Numbered from the stretch's first letter, positions 1-8,820 are shown. The stretch is 32,000 bases of DNA from an uncultured Acidobacteriaceae bacterium (GCA_963816705.1 CAWFLZ010000010.1:301764-333763); one strand, 5' to 3'. The notes: a model not told the origin generated them from the letters alone. Numbers and translations: made by a program.

Positions 1-1740
1 CGGTATCCGAATAAAGGATGCTGGCACGGTAGGCGTAGTCGGGGCGGCCGTCGCCGCGATAATCGGCGATGCCGACCTTATACGCTTCACTCGCGCCGAA
101 TTGGGCGTCGAGACGGCTCACGGCGAACGTCTGCGAGTTGAATGCCGAGGGAGTTGACGCGGGCGCCGGATTGCCGGTTTCGTCGGTCGCCTCCCAGATG
201 CCGATAATGGGCAGAAGCTTCAACTCGGTGGGCGCTCCGGTTTCGTCAAGCGCTGTAATCGCGACCGATGCCGTCCGGTTTACCCGCGCGTTAAATTGGA
301 AAAAGTCGCTGGAACCGTAGCCAGAGGTCCAGGATGCCCAGCCGCCGCCTTGCGGGAGCGGCGCTGGATTCGTGTAGGTCGAGCCGCTGCCCGGATGAGT
401 CTGCGCAACTTCGCTGCCCTGCATGAGAACATCGCGCTCGATGTTCGAGCCGCTTTGAATCGTGATGACAACCGGCGCGAACGATCCTGAGGGCGCGACC
501 TGAGTCGGCCCATAAGGCTCCACTCCCCACGACCAGTTTGGGTCGAGGCCTTCGACGCTCAGCTGATATTGCGCAGTATTTTGGCCGGTGGGAATCGTCA
601 GTTGTCCAAGATCGTAAAAGCCCTCGACCGAAGTATCGCTCGAGCCGAAACGGTTGAACGGCAGGCCATTTGCATCGTCGTATCCGGTAATAACGTTGCC
701 CGCGTTGCCCACAAAGCCGAATCCCGAGACCGAAGTGACGACATACTGCCGCGAAGGATTGTTGTTATTGTCCAGCAGCCGGGCGATGACGTTGACGCCC
801 TGCATCTGCTGCGCGGCGATGCCGGAGGAATTTGTAAAGTAGACGTTCCCGTAGATTCTGCCGGTCGCTTGCGGATTGCTGCCACCGGGATAGAGGCGGG
901 CGAGCGCGGTGATGTCGTCCAATTTTGGGATCGAGGGATTGGGATAGCAGAGGCTGATCGGCACACAATTCACCGGGTCGAGGAAGTGCATGACCGGAAA
1001 GCCGGCGTAGTCGGCGGAGCCTGGCTCGGGATTGTGGGTGAGGACGTTGTCGTTGGCCTGCGACCAGCCCAGGCCAAAGATGCGGCCGAGCACGCGCACC
1101 AGCCGATACTGCACATCAGGCAACTGAGAGTTGGATGAGGCACAGACGCCATTGATGACCGCCACCGCATGCACAATGTTGCCGCTCGCCGAGAAGTTGT
1201 CGGGACCGCCGTAGACGGCGTTGGTGAAGCAATCGCCGGCAGCTCCGGCGCCTGCGCCGAGCAGCGCATCGGTAACGGTGCCGTCGAAGTCATAGACGAT
1301 GCCGAGCGGCGTGCCGGTGGCGACGAAGTGATATCGGCGGGCGCGGTGATGACGCCGAATTGTCCTTGTATGTCGCCCCCATTCACATCTTCGGCGAGGT
1401 GGCCGCCTTGCGTTACGGTCAGGCTAACGCCGGCGGCGGTCGTCCAGGCAGAGATGGCGGCGGCGACGAAGCTGTCGGCTTGCGCATTCGTGAGTATCGG
1501 GCTCAGGTCGCCCTGATCGGTGAAGTATTGGACGGTGGCGCTCGTCCAGAGCATCGATTGCCCTTCGACTCCACGGTTGTAGCCGGCTCCGGCGACCCAC
1601 GCCGGTCCTCCGGCGTGGAGGTTGGCTGCAACGAGAAACACGAGCGCAGGGACGATGACGAGAAGGAGCGGTGGTCGCAGGAATGGCTTCGTCTTCATCG
1701 TCGCGTTCATCGCGGCATTCATCGTGGCATTCATCGTCAC
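1..1740 (-). pseudogene. Large secreted matrixin/metzincin-fold-like protein. The 5' end is in the window and the 3' end runs off the left edge. The reading frame is broken once near 1318-1335.
   Basis: ORF 970..1740 has a signal peptide (MKTKPFLRPPLLLVIVPALVFLVAANLHA) and a matrixin-like N-terminal block (LWTSATVQYF...AAISAWTTAAGVSLTV). It becomes S/P/T/R-rich nonsense after GVITAPADIT. Spot hand translations of the adjacent minus frame (about 960-1318 and 541-660) are stop-free and protein-like (TGTPLGIVYDFDGTVTDALLG...RVLGRIFGLGWSQ...FPVMHFLDP...FNRFGSSDTSVEGFYDLGQLTIPTG). The rest, down to position 1, is assumed open and was not checked codon by codon. This frame is missing from the ORF track, as expected if it has no stop inside the window. 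Confidence 0.6.
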
Positions 1741-2360
1741 TCTCCTCGCGCGGCGCGGATGGCACGCTCGAGTTGCGAGACGGAGGTGCGCTTATGGACG
1801 GCTGACGCGTTCGCGACCGCCGGCGAATCCTGATCATGCCCTCCTTGTGACTTTGATCGCGCCGGCGACGCCGGGTCGGCGATGCTTTGGTCGGCGACGC
1901 TCTGGCCGGTGGAATCCAGACGAAGCTGACCTTGCGCTCCGCCGACAGGGCTGGTTAGCCCGAGGCGGCTGGGCGGATATAAGAAGAGCAGAACGCGCTC
2001 GCCGGATCGCAGCGCAGGCTGGCGAGACAATGCGCCGGTCCACTCGCGGATGGTCAGAATCTGTCCGCGTTGGACGCCGGCGACTGGGCGGTCAATTCGA
2101 AAGCGCACCTCGATGAAGTCCCCGCCCCAGCGAAGATTGGACGGGGTATCCGATGAAGTTGTGTTCTGGGCGAGACGTGGGCCGGTGCTAAGCACGGTGC
2201 CGGCGAAGATCATTCCGGCGCGCCGGGCAAGGCGCCTCCATTGCGGCCCGAGAAGGCGCTCGGCGGCGGCCTGGTCGGAGGGCGCGGAAGCCAAGGCTGA
2301 CAGCGGGCAAAGAATTAGACAGGCGAGGGCGATCGGGGACAGGCGTCTCCACACACGCAT
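1737..2360 (-). CDS. Hypothetical secreted protein (207 aa)
   Basis: N-terminal signal peptide (LSPIALACLILCPLSALASA). The stop TGA at 1739-1737 abuts the multi-ATG start region of the downstream gene. No family recognised. Confidence 0.6.
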   Translation of the reverse strand: MRVWRRLSPIALACLILCPLSALASAPSDQAAAERLLGPQWRRLARRAGMIFAGTVLSTGPRLAQNTTSSDTPSNLRWGGDFIEVRFRIDRPVAGVQRGQILTIREWTGALSRQPALRSGERVLLFLYPPSRLGLTSPVGGAQGQLRLDSTGQSVADQSIADPASPARSKSQGGHDQDSPAVANASAVHKRTSVSQLERAIRAARGE

Positions 2361-2483
2361 AGCGGCGCTCTTTCATGGAGAGGACGGACCGTGAGCGGCC
2401 CTGGGAGTGAAACCAATCTAGCGCGCGGCGGAGCGGGAAGATATGCGCTGCGTCACTGTGGAATTGTGATGAATCGGGAGGTT

Positions 2484-2504
2484 AGAGGTCGGAGGTCAGA
2501 GGTC
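2484..2504. repeat. Heptamer tandem repeat (RGAGGTC)x3
   Basis: agaggtc ggaggtc agaggtc read directly, in the intergenic space between the Lys-rich lipoprotein gene and the 207-aa gene. Confidence 0.8.
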
Positions 2505-2544
2505 AAATTGCAGAAGTAGAGTCACACCCCACGCTACTCGGCCT

Positions 2545-2805
2545 CTACCTGAAAACACTCTGGTTAGCGCGGCGTTTGGCGAGATCCTTGTTGGCTTTCT
2601 TGTTCGCTTTTCTCTGCGCCTTCTCGAATTTCTTCTGCGCCTTGCTTTGTTTCTTGTTGGCCTTCTTCAGCATTTTCTGCTGCTTCTCAGCGTCCTTTTT
2701 GGATTTCTTCGCGTATTGTTCAGGCGTCATGCGCTGGGCAAATGCAGGCGCGGAGCATCCGACGCTCAAGGCGGCCAGCAGCAGAAAGGCGGCGATTCGT
2801 TTCAT
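2545..2805 (-). CDS. Small Lys-rich secreted protein or lipoprotein
   Basis: ORF 2545..2832. The likely start is MKRIAAFLLLAALSVGC at 2805, giving a signal peptide with a lipobox-like SVGC. The mature part is low-complexity and K/Q/A-rich (KKSKKDAEKQQKMLKKANKKQSKAQKKFEKAQRKANKKANK). Confidence 0.55.
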   Translation of the reverse strand: MKRIAAFLLLAALSVGCSAPAFAQRMTPEQYAKKSKKDAEKQQKMLKKANKKQSKAQKKFEKAQRKANKKANKDLAKRRANQSVFR

Positions 2806-2907
2806 AACGTCTCCGACTGGGTGTCTTGACATGATCTTACAGCACGGAGCTGCCAGGAGTAACTTACTTTGGTGTTTCCGGGTTTTCGGGAGAAGGGCAG
2901 GGAATGC

Positions 2908-3225
2908 CTACCGCATCCCGCCGACGAAGATGCCACAAATGGTATTCAGCAGGAAAGCGAGCGAGATCCCAATCATGAAGCCCCGCGCCAGCATTGAACC
3001 GGCAATGTTTTGATAGGTCACGTAGCCGATGCCGCCCAGGATTCCGAGGTTGAGAATCTCGGCCACCCAAAACCGAGCCGCGCCTCTTCCTCCCTCGAGC
3101 CCCATTACGAACACGAACACCGCGACCGGAATGAGGATGCCTACCACCACTCCCAGAAACAATCCTCCGAGCAATTTGAGGATGCTGGTGCCTGCGCCGG
3201 TTGACTCGGGCAGCTGTTCAAACAT
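2908..3225 (-). CDS. Small polytopic membrane protein (about 105 aa, about 3 TM helices)
   Basis: ATG at 3225 is preceded by GAGGAG with a 7-nt spacer. It overlaps the radical SAM stop by 8 nt (ATGTTTGA). Hydrophobic helices: ILKLLGGLFLGVVVGILIPVAVFVFVMGL, ILNLGILGGIGYV, FMIGISLAFLLNTICGIFVGG. Confidence 0.65.
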   Translation of the reverse strand: MFEQLPESTGAGTSILKLLGGLFLGVVVGILIPVAVFVFVMGLEGGRGAARFWVAEILNLGILGGIGYVTYQNIAGSMLARGFMIGISLAFLLNTICGIFVGGMR

Positions 3226-4639
3226 GCGTGCGCTCCTCAATGGTATTCCGTAAAGGAACGAGCCGCTCCGCCTCCAGTTGATCGCGGTAAAAGAGGTTGT
3301 AGGTGTCGAACGGAATCAGACGCCCATCCGGAGGCACAATGTGGATGCAGCTCTTTTTCACCGAGCGAACGTCGAAGGAATAGGCATCCATGAATTGCAC
3401 AATCAAAATACGAAATATGTTCTGATATCCGATGGATTCCGGTGCGGCCAGCTGCGGCAGGCAGCACAGTAGGTCGCGCAGGCTGGTAGCGCCGCTTGCC
3501 GGAGAATGGTTGGTGGCGAAGAGCCGGAAGACGCCCTCGCGCACGGCGTCATCTTCCTCATAGACGATAGTGTTGCGGCCGCCTTCGATTAGAACTTTCG
3601 GATCGATCAGCCCGGTGAGCGGCGTGACCTTGCCGCCCATCTTAAGTGCATAAGCCATCGCCAGACAGTCGGGATGGCACGGTACCGGGATCAAATCCTC
3701 TGGTCGAAACACGGCAGACTGTTCGAGAATCTTACGCCGCACTTCCGTGAGCGTGAGGCGGTCGCGCGCGGGATCAAAATGGTCGACGCGTCCGGCGACC
3801 TGGACAGGTTGAAAGGTAACACCGCGCACGCAAGGCTGTTGCAGCGCGAAGTCGATAATGCGGCCGAGTTCCGTGTCATTGCAGCCCCGTTTCACGGTGA
3901 CGACCAGCGTCGTCGAAAGGTTGAGCGCATTCAGCCGTTCGATGGCTTCTGCGCGCGTGCGCCGGAGATCGGCGCCACGCAACTCCATCAGCGGTTCACG
4001 CTCGAAGGAATCGAATTGTAGATAGACCTCGATATCCGGCGCCGATTCGGCCAGTCGCCCGGCAAACGTCTCGTCCTGCGCGATCCGAATGCCATTGGTG
4101 TTCAACATCAGATGACGGATCGGCTGTGCCGTCGCGTAGGCCAGAATCTCGAAGAAATCTGGATGAAGCGTAGGTTCGCCGCCCGAAATCTGCAACACAT
4201 CCGGTTGGCCCTCGTTCCGCCCAACCGCGTCAATCATTTTTTTGACAAGCGGCAAAGGCCGATGTCCGCGCACAGGCGAACTTTCCGCATAACAAATGGG
4301 GCAGGTCAAATTGCAGTGGTCGTTGATTTCGACCAGCGATAGGCAGGAATGCTGTTCGTGATCGGTGCAGAGGCCGCAATCATAGGGACATCCCCACTTG
4401 ACCGGCGTGTTGTAATGCACCGGCATCTCCGGAGGCTTGAGGAAAATTTCGCGGCAGCGGCGGTAGTATTCTATATCGTCGGCGATCAGGATCTCTTCCG
4501 CGCCATGAAGCGGGCATTTCTTAAGCGGGTAGACATTCCCCTCCCGAAAGACAATTTTGCCTTCGACCTTGGCAAAGCAGCGGGAGCAGATCGACAAGAC
4601 AATGTCATAGTAAAGATAAGGTCGAACCCGTGCAGCCAT
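3218..4639 (-). CDS. Radical SAM enzyme, COG1964/class-D-like architecture (the family that includes archaeal tetraether synthase Tes/GDGT-MAS)
   Basis: CX3CX2C radical SAM motif CNLTCPIC, preceded by GCPYDCGLCTDHEQHSC. N-terminal ribbon CSRC...CPLHG and C-terminal CHPDC plus further Cys residues. ISGGEPTL glycine-rich SAM motif. ATG at 4639 has a strong SD (GGAAGGAGG, 5-nt spacer). The GTG at 4681 offered by the ORF track is less likely. Confidence 0.85.
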   Translation of the reverse strand: MAARVRPYLYYDIVLSICSRCFAKVEGKIVFREGNVYPLKKCPLHGAEEILIADDIEYYRRCREIFLKPPEMPVHYNTPVKWGCPYDCGLCTDHEQHSCLSLVEINDHCNLTCPICYAESSPVRGHRPLPLVKKMIDAVGRNEGQPDVLQISGGEPTLHPDFFEILAYATAQPIRHLMLNTNGIRIAQDETFAGRLAESAPDIEVYLQFDSFEREPLMELRGADLRRTRAEAIERLNALNLSTTLVVTVKRGCNDTELGRIIDFALQQPCVRGVTFQPVQVAGRVDHFDPARDRLTLTEVRRKILEQSAVFRPEDLIPVPCHPDCLAMAYALKMGGKVTPLTGLIDPKVLIEGGRNTIVYEEDDAVREGVFRLFATNHSPASGATSLRDLLCCLPQLAAPESIGYQNIFRILIVQFMDAYSFDVRSVKKSCIHIVPPDGRLIPFDTYNLFYRDQLEAERLVPLRNTIEERTHV

Positions 4640-4687
4640 GATCGCCTCCTTCCTGCGCATCCCGCGGCGGAAGTATGACACACACGC

Positions 4688-5459
4688 TTAGTCCGCTTTC
4701 ATCAATAGCGCGGGCGTGTCTGACGCTTTTCGCAAAACGATTCTCATCAGGTCACGCCAGCAGTATGCCACGACTCCGAGCGATGCCCATTGAAGCGCTG
4801 ACATTCCCAGGACTTTGGGTTCCGGCTTCAGAAAATCCACGCCAATGCGCCACAGCGAATAGGCAATCATGAATACTCTAAATACGTCGCCTGTCTGCCA
4901 TGTGGATCTGGCGACTGCTTTCAGCCCGTGGAAGAGCAAAGGACAAAGCAACAGGAGAAACGCGATTTCATAGAGCTGCGTTGGATGACGGCGAATGCCA
5001 TCGCCGAAATCGACCCCCCACGGAAGCGTGGTCGCATTGCCAATAGGTTTGATCGGACAGGCCTGTAAGAAAACATCCGATCCGGCCAATGGCAATGCCG
5101 AGCGCGAGGGGGATGGCAAGTAGATCCCCCGTGCGAACGCGGATGCCAATCTTGGCTTTGACTGCTTCGACCACGATCCATCCACCGATCAACGCTCCGA
5201 CTATCGTTTTTCCTCCAGTGAGCCCGGAATGCCAGGCCAAAAGAGGATCTTCGAGCCAGGCCAAAATGCGGCTGCCGAAGACGGCTCCGAAAGCGGCGGC
5301 GGCGATTACCTGCCAACGCTCGACTGGATCAATTACATCTTTGAATTTTCGTTTGAGCGCCACATAAATCTGAAACGCGATGGCATAAGCGAGTATCTCC
5401 ATCACATAGTGAGGATGGAGAGAAAGCTTCCAGATCCGGAGATACACAGGAAAGTGCAA
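4688..5459 (-). pseudogene. Prolipoprotein diacylglyceryl transferase (Lgt) family protein, split over two frames (shift near 5040-5050)
   Basis: N-terminal part is in ORF 4968..5459 (GGKTIVGALIGGW, GRIGCFLTGLSDQTY). C-terminal part is in ORF 4688..5185 (GNATTLPWGVDFGDGIRRHPTQLYE). Removing one T from tatt (about 5042-5045) joins them as ...DQTYGNATTLPWGV.... Start is TTG 5459 or GTG 5447. Confidence 0.75.
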
Positions 5460-5642
5460 GTCTGAAGTTTAGTGAATCGTCTGGGTTTAGACTATGTGGT
5501 TTACTAATGATCTTACATCTCAACGCGAGCCGCGTGCAGCAGTTGGCCATCACCGCTGAGATCCCGGCCGCATATTACGGCGGCGAACACCGTAATATCC
5601 GCTCCCCGATGATGGCCGAGAACAGGAAAGTCGGAGACCGTT

Positions 5643-8498
5643 TTAGTCGTCGTCGCCATCGGGCGCGGGATTGTTGAATTCGCTTGGTGGGCGAACCGTC
5701 TCCTCCCCTGGATAGGGCCGTGTGAACCCGGTCGATTGGTACCAGTTGAAGTGGTTGACGGTGTCCGGATCTTCGGAATCAGGCTTGCTCAGTTTGCCGG
5801 CGAAGATCTCCGCCTTCTTCTGGAGCCAAGCCGCCCTCAGAGCCTTGACCGCGGGGCTGTCGTTCGCGTGGTCATCGTTTCCTCCAACGCCCTGATCCAG
5901 CGGGACCTGGTTCGGCACGTGCGTCCAGGGCTGGAAATTGTCCGGAGGCGGCGTTCCCTTAACGAAGGCGGTCCTCATCGGCGACGCAACCAGGTCGAAC
6001 TGGTTCATGGGTGGCAGACCGAGGATTTGCTCGATCGTCCGAGTCATGTTGACCTGCGTGTAGTAAGTGTGGTCGGTCGGCCCACCTTGCACAGCATACG
6101 GGCTGACGATGTAGCCGGGGCTGCGATGACCGTCGATGTGGTCGACGCCGTCCTGCGCGTCGTCTTCCTCGATGAAGATCGCCGACGAGGACCATACGTT
6201 GCTGTGGGTGATGTAGTCGATCATGCGCCCAACGGCCAGGTCGTTATCCGCCTGTTCGGCGTCCACGCTCGGCGGACCGCCGGTGTGGTCATCCATGATC
6301 CACAGGATGCTCAAGGCGGGCACCGTGCCGGCTGCGACGTCATTGTTGAAGTCCTGCACCCACAGATCAACCCGGAACTGGTCGGGGATGCGCAGATCGA
6401 AGATCGGGAAGTTTGTCACGAGATGTTGAGACACGGCTGGGACCGAGGAGTGGGCCGTGATCGTGTTCTGATAGTAGAGCGTCTTCTCCTGGCCAGCTTC
6501 GAAGTTCTGCGAGTCCGTGTAGAAGTCGGTCCAACTCGGCTCGCCGGTCGATCCGCCCGGTTGTAGAAACGTATCGTACTCGACGTATTCGCCGTAGATC
6601 TTCGTCGACAGACCGGCGGCCTCGGCTTCCGAGAACAGGAAGCCCTTGGTTTGATAGACAAGGGCGTCCCCGGCGTTTCCGCCCGGATAGCTGCGGACCC
6701 AGTCTGGCGACTGGATGTCGTCGGCGTAGGGTGCCATGCCCTCCGTGATCCACTGATGACCATCGGCCGATTGGCGGCTCGCGTTGTAGAAGTTATCGAG
6801 CAGCGGGAAGCGCTGGATGAGCGCGTGTGCATTCGGCGTGTCCTTGCCACCAAATACTGCCAACGAGGCGTCTCCATTGCCGGCGGCCACATCGCCCAGG
6901 ATCTGATCATAGGTGCGGTTTTCACGGATGATCAGGAACACGTGCTTGATCAACGACGGATCGCCAATCTTTTTCGGAATTGCGACTGGTTTAATCTTCG
7001 GCGTCCCGCCGCTTGCAGACTGGATATTTTTGACCAGATCCCAGTGGTTGTTCCGGAAAACCCGCGCCGTCATCTGCTGCAAGGTCGCATTGCTGGGCAC
7101 AGGGATGATGCTGACGGTGCCATTGTCCTGGTGTGTGTTGTAGTCGCAGACGCCGTAAAAGCACCCGTACGAATTCAGCGTTCCAGTGCCCTTGTCGTTC
7201 GCAACGAAGAGCGTGTCACTGGCGGCGTCCAGCACGATTGAGCTGGGCGCGTAGGCTACCGGGATCATACCGATGACAGGATTCGGCACGCCGGGGACGA
7301 GGCTCACCACCGCGATCGCGTTCGCGTTGTAAAGCGCGACATAGGCAACATTATTCGCGGTATCGACGGCGATGGAATTCGGCGCGGCTCCGTAAGCCGA
7401 TTCACCGGAGCCGGGTACTCCGATGGGCAGCCCAAGGTTGATCGTCTGCGTGACCTGGTTGGTGGTCGTGTCAATCACCGAGATGGTATCGCTGTACGTA
7501 TTTGCGACCAGAAGATACTTTCCGTAGAACGCCATCCCGGTCGGGTGCAGACCGGTCGCGATAGTTGCCGTAACCGTCATCGATGGCAGATCAACCACGG
7601 AAACGGTACCGGTGATGGCGGCTCCGACCACTGAATCGGCGACGATTTCAGTCCCGGCCGAGTAGATCTGGAAGTCCGACTCCGTAGCCGCCCGGCCACC
7701 CTCGTTGCTGATGTAGGCGGTTGTGCCATTGCTCGCGATCACGATACTGTGCGGCGCGTTGCCGACGCGGATCTCCGGACCCTGGACGGGTGGCTGCGCT
7801 GTCAGATCGATTTGAGCGACGGTGTCGTTCTGATTCAGCAAGGCGTAGGCGCTCTTGCCATCCGGTGTGATCGCAACGCCGCCGGGATAAGAAGTGCTCG
7901 GAGTATAGAACGTGCCGCAGGGTATGTCGTAAGAACCCCCGGGGCTATTTGGAAAGCAGGCGATGAAAGAATTGTCCGGCGGCACGCTGACCTGGACGTC
8001 GTCGCTCAGCAAGCCCTTCGAATTGACATTCGCGATGGTGACATTGCTGCTGTCCTGGCTGAACACCAGGTACTTGCCATCGGGCGAATAGGTGATTCCG
8101 CTGTAACTGCCGGTCGGATCGTTCCCGAACGGCCGGTAGTTCTGCAAGAGTTTGCCGGTATTAACGTCGAAAATCTCGACGGCCCTCCACGCGCCCATAG
8201 TGAGAACGGCGGCCGTGTGACTCTTGAGGCTGGGGTTCAGCGCGATGGCCTTCGCGCGGACCCGCTTGCCGAGGTTCACTTGTGTGCCGGCTGGGGTGAT
8301 GATCTGGCCATCGCCGACCACCCATTCGCCCTTCCCCTGCGGCCCGGTTTGGTAGGTCGGGTAGTACTTCGACTGAGCAGCGGCGAACCCTGCACAGGTC
8401 ATCCCGGTGGCCAACCCTGTCGCCACCAGGCCGGCGAGCGGATACAGACGCTTCATCCGAGCCTTGTTTCGATTGATTCGGGACGATTTTCGAGACAT
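5643..8498 (-). CDS. Secreted fusion protein: N-terminal YncE/YVTN-type beta-propeller plus C-terminal phosphoesterase (phospholipase C/AcpA family)
   Basis: Signal peptide MKRLYPLAGLVATGLATGMTCAGFAAAQ. Repeated propeller blades (GVAITPDGKSAYAL, PHSIVIASNGTTAYISN, PTGMAFYGKYLLVAN, PNSIAVDTANNVAYVA). Phosphoesterase motifs IIRENRTYDQILG, SADGHQW, DDHTGG, EEDDAQDGVDHIDGHRSP. Confidence 0.9.
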   Translation of the reverse strand: MSRKSSRINRNKARMKRLYPLAGLVATGLATGMTCAGFAAAQSKYYPTYQTGPQGKGEWVVGDGQIITPAGTQVNLGKRVRAKAIALNPSLKSHTAAVLTMGAWRAVEIFDVNTGKLLQNYRPFGNDPTGSYSGITYSPDGKYLVFSQDSSNVTIANVNSKGLLSDDVQVSVPPDNSFIACFPNSPGGSYDIPCGTFYTPSTSYPGGVAITPDGKSAYALLNQNDTVAQIDLTAQPPVQGPEIRVGNAPHSIVIASNGTTAYISNEGGRAATESDFQIYSAGTEIVADSVVGAAITGTVSVVDLPSMTVTATIATGLHPTGMAFYGKYLLVANTYSDTISVIDTTTNQVTQTINLGLPIGVPGSGESAYGAAPNSIAVDTANNVAYVALYNANAIAVVSLVPGVPNPVIGMIPVAYAPSSIVLDAASDTLFVANDKGTGTLNSYGCFYGVCDYNTHQDNGTVSIIPVPSNATLQQMTARVFRNNHWDLVKNIQSASGGTPKIKPVAIPKKIGDPSLIKHVFLIIRENRTYDQILGDVAAGNGDASLAVFGGKDTPNAHALIQRFPLLDNFYNASRQSADGHQWITEGMAPYADDIQSPDWVRSYPGGNAGDALVYQTKGFLFSEAEAAGLSTKIYGEYVEYDTFLQPGGSTGEPSWTDFYTDSQNFEAGQEKTLYYQNTITAHSSVPAVSQHLVTNFPIFDLRIPDQFRVDLWVQDFNNDVAAGTVPALSILWIMDDHTGGPPSVDAEQADNDLAVGRMIDYITHSNVWSSSAIFIEEDDAQDGVDHIDGHRSPGYIVSPYAVQGGPTDHTYYTQVNMTRTIEQILGLPPMNQFDLVASPMRTAFVKGTPPPDNFQPWTHVPNQVPLDQGVGGNDDHANDSPAVKALRAAWLQKKAEIFAGKLSKPDSEDPDTVNHFNWYQSTGFTRPYPGEETVRPPSEFNNPAPDGDDD

Positions 8499-8820
8499 AT
8501 GGGGCGCTCCTCCTCAGATTGTTAATCCTGTAATCGGGCTCGGCCGCTGGGCGTGGAAAGCCAGTGGGGCGCAGATATGAGGAGCGATGCTAGTTGCCAA
8601 TCGTTATGGGCCTGTTACGGACTGATGAATATCAGGTGAAACTCGCGGTACACGGGATGAACTCTAGCGGGGGAATTATGTCGTCTAACAGACCTGGAAT
8701 TAGAGCGATATCATGTCTTGCGCACCAGAGCGGCGCGGGGGTTGTCGACGAAAGATGTTTCTTCTATAAATAGAGGCGTTCAGCTTTGCGATGTTGATGT
8801 CCATAGGCTTCACAGCAAGC

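Noticed and set aside
569-1138. 189-aa plus-strand ORF and several Arg-rich ORFs in 280-970
   Set aside because: They lie antisense or out of frame relative to the minus-strand frame that continues the metzincin-like protein. Their composition is typical of off-frame GC-rich sequence.
2484-2504. Heptamer arrays as a possible CRISPR or minisatellite
   Set aside because: The units are only 7 bp with no spacers and only three copies, and no cas genes are present. They are reported as simple tandem repeats instead.
5736-8525. Plus-strand ORFs of 276, 196, 258 and 169 aa overlapping the phosphoesterase gene
   Set aside because: They are shadow ORFs in a GC-rich gene. The 951-aa minus-strand frame has clear domain motifs along its whole length.
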